A stretch of DNA of 64,000 nt. Source: Trichoplax sp. H2 (taxonomy: Eukaryota). Made by a program: the position numbers and the translations under genes. The stretch spans positions 744,001-808,000 of the forward strand of contig NOWV01000001.1 of NCBI GenBank assembly GCA_003344405.1, given 5' to 3'. Shown here piece by piece: positions 36,356-50,718 of this stretch (positions are counted from its first letter, which is position 1; the number at the start of each line of letters is the position of its first letter). The notes beneath the pieces are model-generated. The model made no database searches, had not been told where the DNA came from, and saw only the letters and a list, made by a program, of their open reading frames with translations.

Positions 36356-39300
36356 ATTCTGTATGGTAGAGTAAATCCATAAAATATGGGTTCATTTTAC
36401 GAGTTCGATTACACCGTTTACACTATGCCGTACGGCTTGGCCATATAACTAATTCTACCAACTCTACTTGAAGTTGCATTGCATTCAATTTCAGTCATAA
36501 TAATTTTATTAATCGATATAAGGATACCGTAACTAAATGAACCACTACGCGTAGTATTATTTTATCTTTCACTGACTACCGGATATTTACTTGCAACATC
36601 ACTCAGTGTAACTTGATTTTTTAATTTACAGTTCTGACATAAAATTGTAGGCGTAGTTTATATAATTGTCACAGTAAGACTATACGATGGATAGAAGACA
36701 AATAAAAATTTCGATATCGAAATACAAGCTGAATATGTCCCAACTGAAGTGGTAGCAACTATAGTAAAGCATTAGCAACAGCGCTAACGCCATATTTCTC
36801 TTTCCCATTAATTATAATTAACAACCTTACAAAACCACAGACAGACTCCCTGGACGCCTGGGTTGCATTATTTATTTATTTTAAGCCACAACGTCTTTTT
36901 TTCCTAACTTTGTCACGTCGTGATACCTACCTAGTATGGACTTTAAGTCAAGTGTATCAAATCAATTACATCGTGATCGGCGAAGTCGATTATTCATCTA
37001 TCATCACTATTTTTAATTTAAGGCAATATGAATTGAAATAAAGTCATATAACTATTTTTTATGAAGGAGACTTAAATTGAATCTCTGCTGTCCGTCCCCA
37101 AGTGTATTATAATACGACGTTTACATTTTATTATAATTAAAATTATTAATGATACAATACGAATAGCTCAAAAGGAGTTCCATCCGTAACATTCAACGGC
37201 AAGCGATATATTAATTCCCGTCTCGATATTAGCCAAGTTGTATGTTAAGTAATATAACTATGGCATTATTAACATTCCTATCACTAAATGCTACCAACGA
37301 TGTCAACTTATCATTGAAAGACTAAGAGTATAACTTACGTATGACAATCTGCATAAACATTTCAAATTTCAGAGTTCAATATTGAATTTTTATTCTTTGT
37401 CATATGATGGGTTTTTCTTGCAGTATCCTCTAATTTTTACGGTTGAATTTTCATAACATTCAAAATAAAGCGCCGGTCAGCATATTTTTCAATATACGTA
37501 TAGAAGGATTTTAAAGCGAACCTTTAATACGTGTATTTGATAACTAAAATATAGTACGATGAAATGTAATAATGCGAAAGTATGATTACGACATCCCACT
37601 CTTTTCTATCCCCCCTACCGCTAGCTATAATCAGTCTTTCCAACCCAATCAAGTGTATTAGAATTGGGAAATTCTTTCCACTCAATCAGCGTATCAATAG
37701 GATTGATGCAAGCTGGATAGCAATTATCAAGAATTGACAATATCTGGTCAAATTTAGTGGGATAACTGATCAATATAAAATTTTTTGGATGCTTTCTACA
37801 ATCTCCAGATATGATGATCATAAAATTATGAATAACAACGCTAGGTAAATCATAATTTTAAATTCTAATGTAATCCGCATTACTTTCAAGACTCCTCCCA
37901 AACTCAGGACAATACGTTAATTCTATACCTTTCGTAAAACTACAGGGTCAAGGCGGCAAAAGGAAGTAATTTTTATCAGACAGATAAATTAGTTGTTCAC
38001 ATAAAATATTCCATACACGTACCTTTTCTACTATCTTACGAAATATGAATAGACTGCAATTAGGGAGAGTTGAAAAATTCTACGTACTTCCATAATAACC
38101 TAAAATAGTTACCGATATCTTTGTTACCGTCAGCCCTCATAATTGGCCATTCCTCGTCAGTGTCATATACGGAGTAGAGGAATAGAAGAGGGAATACTAT
38201 TTAAAGCCGACACTGAATCGGGGAGTTATGTGCACGTTATACATTATGGGTATAAATATAAATAAATTAATTATCTGATCGTACTTGATAATAATTATTA
38301 TTATCAACTAGAAAGAAATTTCAGTACGATACAAGAGTTCTGTTAGCTTGAACTTTTCATAAGTAGAAGGAGAAAATACTCGTACCGCTATATCCTTTTT
38401 TACACCAATTTTTTTTTTTCCTTGCCCTCAAGGCTTGTATTCACTCTAGTAGCAACGTGTCCGAATTGTGCAAACATTACCAATTTTATGACTAAGCATA
38501 TTCCATATCGCTATTCCATATCTTGATAATACTGAAACGCAAAGACAAGCAGATGTTGCTTGTCAATATAGGATTGCCAACGCTTACGACCCAAAATGAA
38601 TCCTACATATTGTAGGCGAATAATTTACTAATAAGTAGACGTTTGTCAAGTGGGTCGCTATAGCTTAGCACTTTTCATACAAATTGATATATTTACCCAA
38701 GGCATTGCAAGTATTATTATTTGCAGGAAGCACACCTTGATTGCAGTCAACTTAATTAATATTTGTATAGTATTATCGAATGTGCTGTCCAAGATCGTCT
38801 TGATTACGGCAATGATTTGACTCTGCAGTTGGCAAGATTGAACAGAATATGTAAAAATATCGAAATCATTGATTTCTACATGATGTACTATCTTGCGCTG
38901 CGTCAAGACATGATCATTTTGTGTGTATGTATGCTATTTGGATACGGCGTAGGGGAAGGAAAAAATAGCACTGATCTCAACCATTGCCTCATCACCATTT
39001 TTGTATATTCAATTAAATAAGGCCTCCATTCCAATTGTTACAGTTATAATATTGAATAAAGAAGATCGTTTCTGACCGCTATTTTTATTAAAATAGCAGA
39101 TGATTAATGTTTTAGAATGCTAGTACAAATGTGAACTGTATGACGAAAAGCATAGTAATGCAAACAGACGCAAATATTCTTTTTTATTGTTTCGTAACTT
39201 TAAAGTTTCAATCTGAATCCATTTTACTCATGGCATCCTGCATTCTACTTTCAACATACCTTGAAAATGTACACTTTAAACGATCAATAGGCCTCAATTT

Positions 39301-42300
39301 GAATTTACCAATTGGTAGATTGGCTATTTCTTAACACATCTAGAATATGAAAATAACAATTAGAACATAACTTCTAAGTTTACAACTGGCATAATTTCAC
39401 GACATACTACCAGATCGGAATTACGCGCGATCATCGCCATGTTGTTGGGAATGATTATTATGCAAATTTCCACCAATAGACAGACGGAAAGATTGGTCAT
39501 GTGATAGTCCGTACGTCTCTTGTTGATACTGGTGTTGTACGGTAAAAAGATTAGATTAGATCTTGCCATGAGGTAATACTTTATTACATTGATTTGACAC
39601 AACATTGTTGATCTCGCGCCATACGCTTGTGTAGAGCACTGCAGATACCATGGGCTTAAATGGACGTAGAGCGAGGGGTGGTAGTAGGACTATACCACAA
39701 GCAATATTAAATATGGCGGTACAGAACCAGGGGCTACTCAAGAAGCTTTACCTTCAATTTTTCCTTCATTTCATTAGTCGCCCCTGACTGAATCATTGCA
39801 CCCCCAAAAAAAAAAAAATGACAACCACCTATGTACAAAGTGGTTGGGTCTGATTGATCTGGTATAGTAGTGGCCTAGTATAGAGTACAATATATATATA
39901 AAAACTCGTCCGACCGTTGCTGTAATACTAGAGAGGGCAACAACGACGAAATGTAAAAGATGCGATGCTGGCCGGGTGGGCAGTTGAACCATTAAAATTC
40001 AAGTTATACTATAACTTAATTTATTGGCGCCTACTCACTTCTTCTGCACTCAGTCGACTTCGTTGCACGTTGCAAATATTTCTCGATACCAAGAAAAGTA
40101 TCCAATGCAATTTCAACTAGGTATAGAATATTAAGTGAAATTACTGCTGCTACCGCTCTTGGAGCCAGAACAATAATACGGTTATATAATAATAATAAAT
40201 AAATAAATAAATAAAAGCATAGTGAATAACTTCGCGTACCATTTGTACCCATTGACGTACAGTGGCATTGTAGAGTTTTACTCACTATAGTCAGACGGTA
40301 TGGCCTACTAAATGATCACACTAAACGCTATTTTTTCAACTACGTAATGAAAAAAATGGCAGTCATTCTATACGCAATTATCGTCCGCCGATGATAATTA
40401 TTATGAATACAGCTGCAATACGAGTATAGACGTCATCATGACATAATTATAAGTAATAATGACTACTTGGAATACTGTAGACTCAGAAGAGAATAAACTA
40501 TAATTGTAAAATCATAATTTCGATTGATGTTCTACGGTAAATTTTAAATTTTAAATTAGAACAAAAATAACATTTTATACGTACAGTATATCAGTTCATG
40601 AAGGTACTATATAGTCAGATTGTTGTGACACGTTGATATCCGATGAATAAACGAACGCACGATGTAGAATATTATTTTGACCATCATCTCACAAGTTGAA
40701 CTTAGGAAGACTCATAGGAAAATAACGCTAAACACCACGATAGTCTTATAAATCATTCATACCGAAACAATAAATCACATCGAACAGAAGGATTAACGGC
40801 TGCTGTTCGTCTATATTATGAGATGACAATTTATCATAGGTAATGAATCAATGCGAATTCAAAACCATCATAAACTGATCATAATACGAATGTAGGTGAT
40901 CGTCGATATTTAATTTCCCATACCATTAATATTGCTAGTAACATCCCTATCATAGTTTTAGTAAATCTTTATTTTTTACTAGAAACTATTCGTCCAATTG
41001 AATGTCAAATGATATTATAGATACTTAAAATAAATCGAACTACTGCATTTTCCGTTCTGTTAAGGTGACATACTTATTTTACGTACTGTTATGTGCTATT
41101 TTATAAAAAAATTTACTATCATAGCCATAAAACCCTTATTTTGATATCCCATTAGATTATTCAAATCTCGTATGGAATACTCATAGGCCTAAATTTCGAA
41201 TACGTTGTCGTGATGATTAAACTACACTAAATCAAATACTATGTTTACCGTATTCAAAATAGCATGTATGTATATAGTAAGTCATTGATAACTTTTATTA
41301 TTGATTTATGGTCAGAAGGCTCGTATAGACATTATGAACATAGAATCCAAGTAGTAGTAGAAAAGTATTTAACACAATACTCTACATTCAACGCTGTATT
41401 TTTACAACAGCTTTACATAAATAGACGTTTTAGTTTCTGTAAGCCACCTAGGAAATGCCGTTCTGCCCATAGGCCATGACACTAAAGACTTTGTACAAGT
41501 AATATGGTACGGCACTAGATGTATCACAGTACAGTATGTTGCGTGATTTCGTCTACACTATATTACTATCAAGGATATCATATTGAAGAGTTACATAGGC
41601 AAAGCACAATATTCCTATAATATAATTAAATAGTATTAGCATACTATAGTTATTATATTCAAATCTTTGTATTTGTATATATATACGTATATTGCGCCAT
41701 TCGATTGAGTTGAGTCTTATCTGCTAAGCTGGTTAAGGTTTGCGTTTTATATTCAAAGATCATCTTATTAGCGACCTTCATTCAATTTACCTTAGTAATA
41801 TTAGTGCTATTTAGTACAAAATAAGAAAACTCAGTTATACGTTGAAATCATTGAAGTATTATGATTTATATTGAAAGATAATATCACGGTTAAAGTATAA
41901 AAATTTTTATTAAAATGTAAAATTAGCGGCGGCTTGCGATCTTCTATAATCTTGCATAGCCGTACTCAGTTACGATCATCTTCGTGCTTACACATTAAAA
42001 AACTGACTAACGTCTAGCATTTGGTGTTCTATGGCCAGTACATGTCCTGAAACTGTCATTCAATATCTGGAATCTTTACTGAACACGATAGTAAAGAAAA
42101 ATTAAAAAACTAGCAGGGTTAAATCCTTTTATTTAATAATTTATTAATATCATTATTATTTTTTCTTATTTGATGAAGGTCTCTAAATAGACTATAGAAA
42201 ATCTGTATAAAAGTTTCATGGTATGTACTAACAGTACGCTGCTTAAAACTGACGAATAATACACATACCCTTTACATTATATAAGAGCGATATAACATAC

Positions 42301-45300
42301 ACAACTTAAAAAATTTTTCATATTAAAGTCAAAGGTTCACATTACAGAGACGTAGATAATTACTACTATAAATCTTTTCTACTGTTTGCATTAGATATTG
42401 TAAATTGAGACAAGAGCTAGAGCTAGGTTCGATGATATCGCATGGGTCCCGTCATGTAATTACTATCGGATGACAAGATACGAAAAGATGTACACGTATA
42501 GTCGATAGTTGTTTTGAAAATTGGATTATTAGTTAACATGGCTTATAAAGTTGAACTAGTTCTAAACATGAGCTATTATATTGTTTAGTAACATAACATA
42601 AAGACACTATTATTGTATTGAATTGTGTTGTATACAGCCAGCACTAAAGGTGCAATAGAATCTAGCAAGACCTGTGTAAAACCATGAACAGGTCTAATTA
42701 TAGGATTGCACGAAAATAGATAAGTTGAACGATTGATTGCAAGATTAACTAAGTGTATATAAATGATGAATTATACTATAGTAATTTAGATAGTCTGATT
42801 ACAGCTAGATAGTCCTAGATAATTTGTTAGACAAACCTAATTTTTATTATAAAGTGAATTTTATAATAAACTATAGTTGGTGTTTTATTATTTTGAAGAC
42901 ACTTTATCACAATCTGTAATAAAAATTTATGCCTTCAAATCATCGGTTAAAGTTCGATCGTTTACAGTCTTGAACACAGTTGCACTTCATTCTTGTGCAT
43001 TGCTTTTTTGCTTTCGAATATGTAGAGGCAATGCCGTGCAGTAAAGATATACGACAGGCACAGTAAATACTGTACATAGTAAGCAATAATCAAGATTAAC
43101 TAAACTTAACATTTGTTTGTTTCATTAAAATCTCACATATCTATTGATTGTCTCTTCTATACTATGTTTAGTGTTATGAGTAAGATATACTACTACAACG
43201 GATCATGTCTTTACAATTAGGCGGTTAGTTGATTTTTAATCTTTAAAGTTTAAAAATAAAATTTATAACCGATTAAATCAGTTAATGACAAAATGATAAA
43301 TGTTAATGATGGTGAATCGAAGCCAATCTTATTTTACTAGTGCGTATTGCAACTATAATTGTAATAGCATGGTATCGTACCTGAACTTTATTGGTAGTGT
43401 ATTAAATCTCTGTTCTTTGTTGTTGGAGATTCATCGGTTACTTATTCGTCAGGTCAGTAAAACTAGCTCTAGCAAAAATCCAGTTATAGCACTGATTTGA
43501 TGTACCCTAATAACTATGATTCTTATTACTCATCTACTATTTACCAAATCTAATAGCTTTTCATCACGGCAGTTACCACCCAGTATTGTATTATTAGATG
43601 GAGCTATACGTATCCTATCGTAAATTAGCAATTACGACTAATTAGCACTGACTGCTTTATTAATTCTTGCATATATTAGTTTTCCTGTCATTACTAAGCC
43701 GTATACTGCATAATGTCTAATTATGTTGTTTGTCTAATTTATGTGATTAGTATAGCAATTATATTATGAATACATTAAGTTTACCTTTGCATATGAATCG
43801 GAAGTGACTTCTACACAACGTAATGAGTTTGTATGTATATTCTACGCTTACATTAACAAACGATAATTACTAAATTATACAGTCCAGTATTTAAGACTAC
43901 TATATTAATTACCGTATACATCGGTTTTATAGTGTTTACAGTGTGTACTAGTGTATACTGCAATAGCGTTCGTACTCTATGATTAAGCGCATACTTCGCT
44001 GGTTACATTCGGATGAATCACTCAAATTTAAAATGAGTGCTTTGCGTTCACACGACGAAATACTTCTCTTCATGAAGTAGATAGATAGTTTATTAAGCTA
44101 CTTGATTGAACCGTATTTTATTTATAGCATGACAGCGGTAATAGTGAGAGTATCATAGCCTGCCAAATTTGCTCATCCCTCTGAACATTGTAAAAATGAT
44201 CGTCTAGTAGGTTTTATGAGCGAGTTTGTTCTATACTCTAATGTAACTATAATGACAGATATCTTAGGGTATATATTTATGACTATGAGTTAATCGTCGT
44301 TTATCACTAAACCATCGGTAAGAAATACGAACATGCTGCCAACATTTTACTGATATCATCACTCTAAAATCCGCAAATCAATCATATATATTTACTACAA
44401 TCATTACATCTAAAAGTAAAAATACTGCCCATTAGCTCTAACTTAAAAGATCATTTATAAATTTTTAATTCTAATGAATCTATTTCAAGTTGTGAAGACC
44501 CAGTAAACTTTCTTAACTGTTTTAACATAGGATAGAACTACTGAGAATTAAAAGTTTATTTAATACCGATTAATTATAATCATCACATACTCATATTGTT
44601 ACTATACGCATTTCATTGTAATATCGAGAGATATATCAATTTAAACTGCAATCGAATGCTACGCAGTTAACCAAAGCTTTCACTAGCTACAATACAATAA
44701 CTAAGTAAATTACGGTAATCTAAGATATTTACAAAGTGAAGATAGTGAATTAGTAATGAATAACTATGTTTATTAGCTGCATTGATTATCGCTGATTGCA
44801 ACGATATGAGAGTAGTGGTAAGGTCGTTTTCGTTCTTCAATAAGGTAATTACTACTTAGCGATCTTTTAGTCATATCAACTAATAGCGAAGACGAAATTA
44901 GTGAACAAGTCACCGAGTCAAGTAAATTTTCAGTAGCAATTAGTTCACGGCGTATTTGCGATCAAGTTGCATTGATTTATTGTAAAAATGTGTATCCATT
45001 TGATTAATATAGGAATACATAAATGTTAGAAAGCAAACGATAGGTTAGGATAATTCCAAACGTAGTCAACAATAAAGTAGCTATCAAGCATTTTAGCATC
45101 ATGAAATTCATTTGCATTAGACTGTCAATTGTTAGTAAATGACCAAAGTACAAAGAATCAATGCTAATTCATCTGTTGCTACTACTGCTACTAGACTAAG
45201 GATTCTTTTAAAATTGATTACCAAGTGTTTTACTGTCAAAGCTATAAATAACGATAACTACTGAGTAGACTGCATTTCCTTTCAGTAGTCCGTATCCGAT

Positions 45301-48300
45301 TAACTTCCACGAAGCGATAATAATGTAAATCAAAGAAAAATATGCTGATACTAGCACACAGAAACAAATTTTCAAATTGTGATAAAGTATTGATGTTGAA
45401 TGTTACATCTATTAAAATGTGACGGTATTTAATTTTAATTCATAGATATTCTGAATAAAAATAATTTACGTACATGCTCGTATAGCTAAACTGCAGAATA
45501 GAGTATGATACCTATCAGGACCTAATTTTTTAGCGTAACTTCAAGTTCCTAATTCGAGTAGCAAGATAGTTCTGAAGCATATGATTAGTTATAGCTTGAA
45601 TGAAAGAAAATTTCCGTGGCATCGATATAATTTGTCTATTGAATAATAAGAAGATATTATTTAAAAAATCTATGATTGATATGCTTATATATTTATTGGG
45701 TTGGCAATAAAAATAAGAATCAGTTATTTGCTTGCAAAGTAATTTATGTTTGTTGTAGCATCTTTTCTTAAAAGGAGTAATTTACGTATACTCCAATTAT
45801 CTAGCATAAGTAGTTATTTGGGTATCAAATAATATACGTAATGTTTTAATCAAGGCTTTAATTCATGTTGATCATGGCTTCTATGTAATGTTATGTCATC
45901 TTCATATCATTTATTGAATAAGAGTAAACATGCCACTGAATATAAAATTATTTGCCTAAGTCGTCATTTGTAAGATACTGTGGTAATTGATGAAACTGAT
46001 GAATTGATTTGGGTGACGGGATATTACTCTTATTTTCTTCTAGAGAACCCCGAAAATACATGCTATTAAACAATTAGCTATGATAACAAAGTGTACCAGA
46101 TCATATTTAATTTGAACATTTTTGAATCTAAATTATCAGTTAGCATATTTCATATGTGTTACTGTATATCAAAGCGATGATAGACAGAGTCATACTATAA
46201 ATATAAATACATGAAAAAACGACCCTTTCTACTTTTATGAACAATAAAATTATTAATTAATGATATAAATACAATTACTAGATATCAATTTCAATCGTCA
46301 TGGGACACAAATCAAAACGAAATATTAAAGGTTGTCAAATATTCACCATAGCTTAGTTGAAAATATTATGCACACGTAAGAAATTCTTTTCGATGACTAC
46401 TAAGTGAACATCTGTTCTAAATCTTGTATTAATTCCTTCTTTATATTAGTGCCATTAAGTTAATATCCACGATTGTTATTTAATTTTTCTCATCATATCA
46501 AGATAACAATATACGTACATTCTGAAAAGAAGTAGCAATAAATAAAATAGTCCATTCTTTCCATTAAAAATATCATCGACAACATTCAATTATATGAATT
46601 ATAAAATTTTTGACATTTCCTGTATTTACTACAATATCAGATAATTATATAATTGAAGATTGAAAAATTTTAGATCACTTTGCTATTTATAGGCTATGCT
46701 ACCAAATATAGTTGACTTATCCTCTTATATGTAATTAAAAGCAATTTTGGGCTTCATGGAGCCTATAACAAATCAATCAAGTAATACTTCGTGTAAATAA
46801 TTGTATAAAAGATCCTCAAAGAATATTGGTTGAAAACAAAAGAGGATACCGACTTGATTAATACTTTTCCAAGAATAACATGCCATTAATTACCATCACA
46901 ACGGTCAAATTCGGCATTTTTTAGTAATACAAATCATTTATACTCACCTTATAGCATTATAAAATTATCACTAATGGCTATTCAAGTATTCATAGATAAG
47001 TTAAGTCATAGTTATCTCGACTGTCTAAAAACATTATGAAGCTGGTCGTAAATTTTTAATAAAAATATCCTTGTATAGATACCTATGTACGTTTTCTAAG
47101 AATTTATTCCTACTTTATAAATCTCAAGGAAAATCATGTAATCCTCCCTTGACAGCCATAAAATTCAAAATAAAAAGTCCAGAAAATGATAATAACAACA
47201 TCAATAGCAAATTAATTATACCCTGAAGCGATATTAATATGAAACTCGGGTTGTTTTTCTTAATATTATTTTTACGTGAAGTAATTTTCTCTTAAAAGTG
47301 ATTTCATAACAGTAGTATTTTAAAGTGACTTTCCCTGAAAATCATTCCAATTTCTTTGAAAGTATACCATTTTTAAGATGTAAAATGCATATCGCCAACT
47401 TTTTCAAATGTGAATATGGCTGTTAGATAAAATATGATAAGGTACAGTAAACATATGAATGATTTTGCTGTACAAGTATAACTCGTAAACATTGATGACT
47501 TACTGAAACAATATAATTCTATTAATTTCGAGAGTAATTGGAATAAGACTTCAATTATATTAGGGCTAAGAATATTATCTACAGGCTATTTTGCGTAACT
47601 TATTAACATAAAATGTGTATAGATAAAAGGTTAATGACATTTGTTCGCTATTAAAGTTTACAATAAAGGTAAAAATAATTGTTTACTTTTTTATTTGTGC
47701 ATATACACCGAATTACCGCCGATGTTACTGATTAGGTAATGAATCAAACTTGTTTTTAATAGTAAAAATAGTTAGCAAGTATTTTAAGGTGAAATCAACA
47801 ATTTTATATATTTAACATTTATCGTAGCATTAACTTCGAACCAGTACTATCAAACCTTTATATTACGAAGAGTACACACGTAGATGTGATAATGCGAGCT
47901 GTCTCTGAACTTTGTAGCCATATGTTTGATTTATTATGTTGTGATATCTATTCTCATTTTTATACTATGCTACGTAGTTTCATACTTTATCATATTAGAA
48001 TATATCTATATACATGTATAGATTAAATACAAGTTTCGTCAATTTTATAAGTGAAGTTATAGCAACACCGTATATGGCAAATAGAAGCATTCATTTCCAT
48101 TATGAACTGTCAAAATTGACGGTAGATTAGCGCTTCTTATAGATCTATCGATCCCAATCTTACTTAATCTATAAAATGCTGCCGATTTTATCAGATGTGT
48201 TCTGATCGTACGTAACGATCAAAACTACTATATAGTAGTGCTAATATTAAATGGTATAAAATACCAATGAAGTCAATATTTATATTACGACGGCCTATTG

Positions 48301-49833
48301 CATATTTCTAGCACTGAGGCCGCATTGCCCTGAGCTGATCTGTTATTGTAGTCTACATCAGTTAATTAATTATCGCTCTGAAGTAGCACGCAGAAGCTTG
48401 AGATATCATTCTAAGAATGAAATTAGTCATTATTAAATAATATTTTAAGATGGATATTCCTTGATCATACGTTCCATTGTTGATAATATAATAAAATATA
48501 ATAACTTATAGCTACGCACTATATCAATAGCAATGTCAAGAAAGATCCTTTGTTATGAGACAAAAAGGAGATCTTTATTAATAAGAATTGCTTCCATTTA
48601 TTGTATAAAGGTAGTTTTCGACGATAGCACACAATCTTGGATTACTTTAAATAGCTGATACTATGTATAGCAGGGAGAGAAATAAAGAAATTAATGAAAT
48701 CAATAAAACTATATTCAAATAAGATAGGTGGTTCCTACAAATCTTTGAGTTTAATTTTATAATTTGATTTGAAACAAGAATGGCATAACACAACAAATCT
48801 CATCCTTAGGAATGACCAAAGCCATTTACAACCATGTTCTTCAGGCTGTAAATTATGGTCTAAAAAATTGTAATGATGGTAAAATATCAATGAATAAATA
48901 TCTTGATATTTAGATAGCTTGTGACCAATTGGGTAGGTACTTGGATACTTAATTTTAAAGGTGACTGTTGTCGTTTAATAATATTATTATTGTCTAATAT
49001 TTACCGTAGTTATCATCATTCTTTTTTTATAGATCGTATCATTCAATGGAAATGATGTTCATAAAAATAGGATAATATTACGTCTATCGAGAACTTCACT
49101 TTGATAAAATACTACAACTAACCTATTATCCTGTTCGCCGAAAACAATTATTGAATGCTAGACAAATCAATTTTTCCATTGTTTGCTATTACATTTTTCA
49201 ATTTTTTGTTTACCGCTTTGGTTGGAACTGGATCTCATAATATGAACTATACTGTATATACATTCATGTAGTGAAGGACACGTATATATATAAATATATG
49301 GTATGAAACAGAATTAGATAATTACAGTAGCCTAGGTCGCATTGGATCGATTAATGAGTACAATTTCTCCAATCATTCTAAAAGAAGAATGCTTGTTCTA
49401 TTTTTACAATTTTAACGACTATATTAAGAAAGAGACATTACTAAACTGTTACTTTAACTAACTGGACAGTTGTAATAAAGACTCAATCGCAGTTGCCAAG
49501 GCTTTAAACTTTGACTTATTTTTACGTTTGGATTAGAAAAGCGTTATTATCATAACCAGTTGGCGAGACCCAATTCATTCAATTAGAGCGATACTTATAG
49601 AGGAAGACCAGGGTGCAAATTGTTTACCATCTTATTGAACTTGAGATAGTAACATCAACATTTTAACATTTTGACTATTTGGATTCATTCATAATTCCAT
49701 TTACGGGCATAGCGACATTTACCGATATCAGATTTGTGCTGTATCAAGTTAAAGCAAGCGTATTATTTCACACCATACCACAATTGCCACCTGCATCTAA
49801 ACAATCAAAACTCTTCCTTTCCAATATCAAGGT

Positions 49834-50718
49834 ATGGAAATGACTAAGGATAAACTTCAAGAAGCAGAAGATGAGAAAAAATTTCAAACATTTAAAAATT
49901 TTAAATTAAAGCGTAAAATTGGTAAAGGACGCTTTAGTAGCGTTTATCAAGCTAAATGTACAATCGATAATAGTATTTATGCCGTGAAGAAAGTCATCAT
50001 TCCTGATTATACTGATCCTGTTGTTTGCCAAAAGTACATGCTAGAAGTTAAACTACTTAAGTCTTGCCATCATCATAACATTATACGTTATTTTGCTTCA
50101 TTTTTAATCGATGATTGTGTCTTACTTATTATTTGTGAGCTTGCTGATGCTGGCGATTTAGAATGCATGATTAAGGTATTTCGTGAAAAGAAAATTCGTA
50201 TACCAGAACGTACAATATGGAAATATTTCTATCCTGTTGCTAGTGCAGTTTGTTATTTACATGATCGGCGTATCATGCATCGCGATATTAAACCATCTAA
50301 TATCTATGTCACTGGTAAAGGAGTTGTTAAATTGGGAGATTTTGGATTGGGTCGTGCTTTGGGTTCTGGCACAGCAGCAGCATCGTCATGGGTTGGTACA
50401 CCGTATTATATGTCACCAGAGCGTGTAGCACAACGTGATTATGATTTTAAATCAGATATTTGGTCATTGGGTTGCCTATTATATGAATTAGCAGCATTAC
50501 GTTCGCCATTTTTTGGTGTCAAATTAACATTGGTACAATTATGTGAAAAAATTGAAAATGGCGACTATCGACCATTAGAGCCACAGTTGTATTCACTTAA
50601 TTTGCGTCAATTAGTTGATAAAGCTATTATGATCAAGCCCGACGATAGACCTACTGCAAGCCAAGTGCTATGTGAAGCAAGCAATATGTATCGTGAATCC
50701 AACAGTACAACAATATAA
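49834..50718 (+). CDS. NEK6/NEK7-like NIMA-related Ser/Thr kinase, 294 aa, single coding exon
   Basis: Open ORF with IGKGRFSSVY, AVKKV, ELADAGDL, IPERTIWKYF, MHRDIKPSN, VKLGDFGLGR, VGTPYYMSPER, FKSDIWSLGCLLYE. The catalytic-domain-only architecture is typical of NEK6/7. Confidence 0.93.
   Translation: MEMTKDKLQEAEDEKKFQTFKNFKLKRKIGKGRFSSVYQAKCTIDNSIYAVKKVIIPDYTDPVVCQKYMLEVKLLKSCHHHNIIRYFASFLIDDCVLLIICELADAGDLECMIKVFREKKIRIPERTIWKYFYPVASAVCYLHDRRIMHRDIKPSNIYVTGKGVVKLGDFGLGRALGSGTAAASSWVGTPYYMSPERVAQRDYDFKSDIWSLGCLLYELAALRSPFFGVKLTLVQLCEKIENGDYRPLEPQLYSLNLRQLVDKAIMIKPDDRPTASQVLCEASNMYRESNSTTI

Noticed and set aside
35889..43500. Scattered 60-85 aa ORFs
   Set aside because: No recognisable motifs or consistent exon chain that I could find; expected by chance.
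49492..49505. X-box upstream of the NEK-like gene (GTTGCCAAGGCTTT)
   Set aside because: Only one good half-site; the second lacks AAC.
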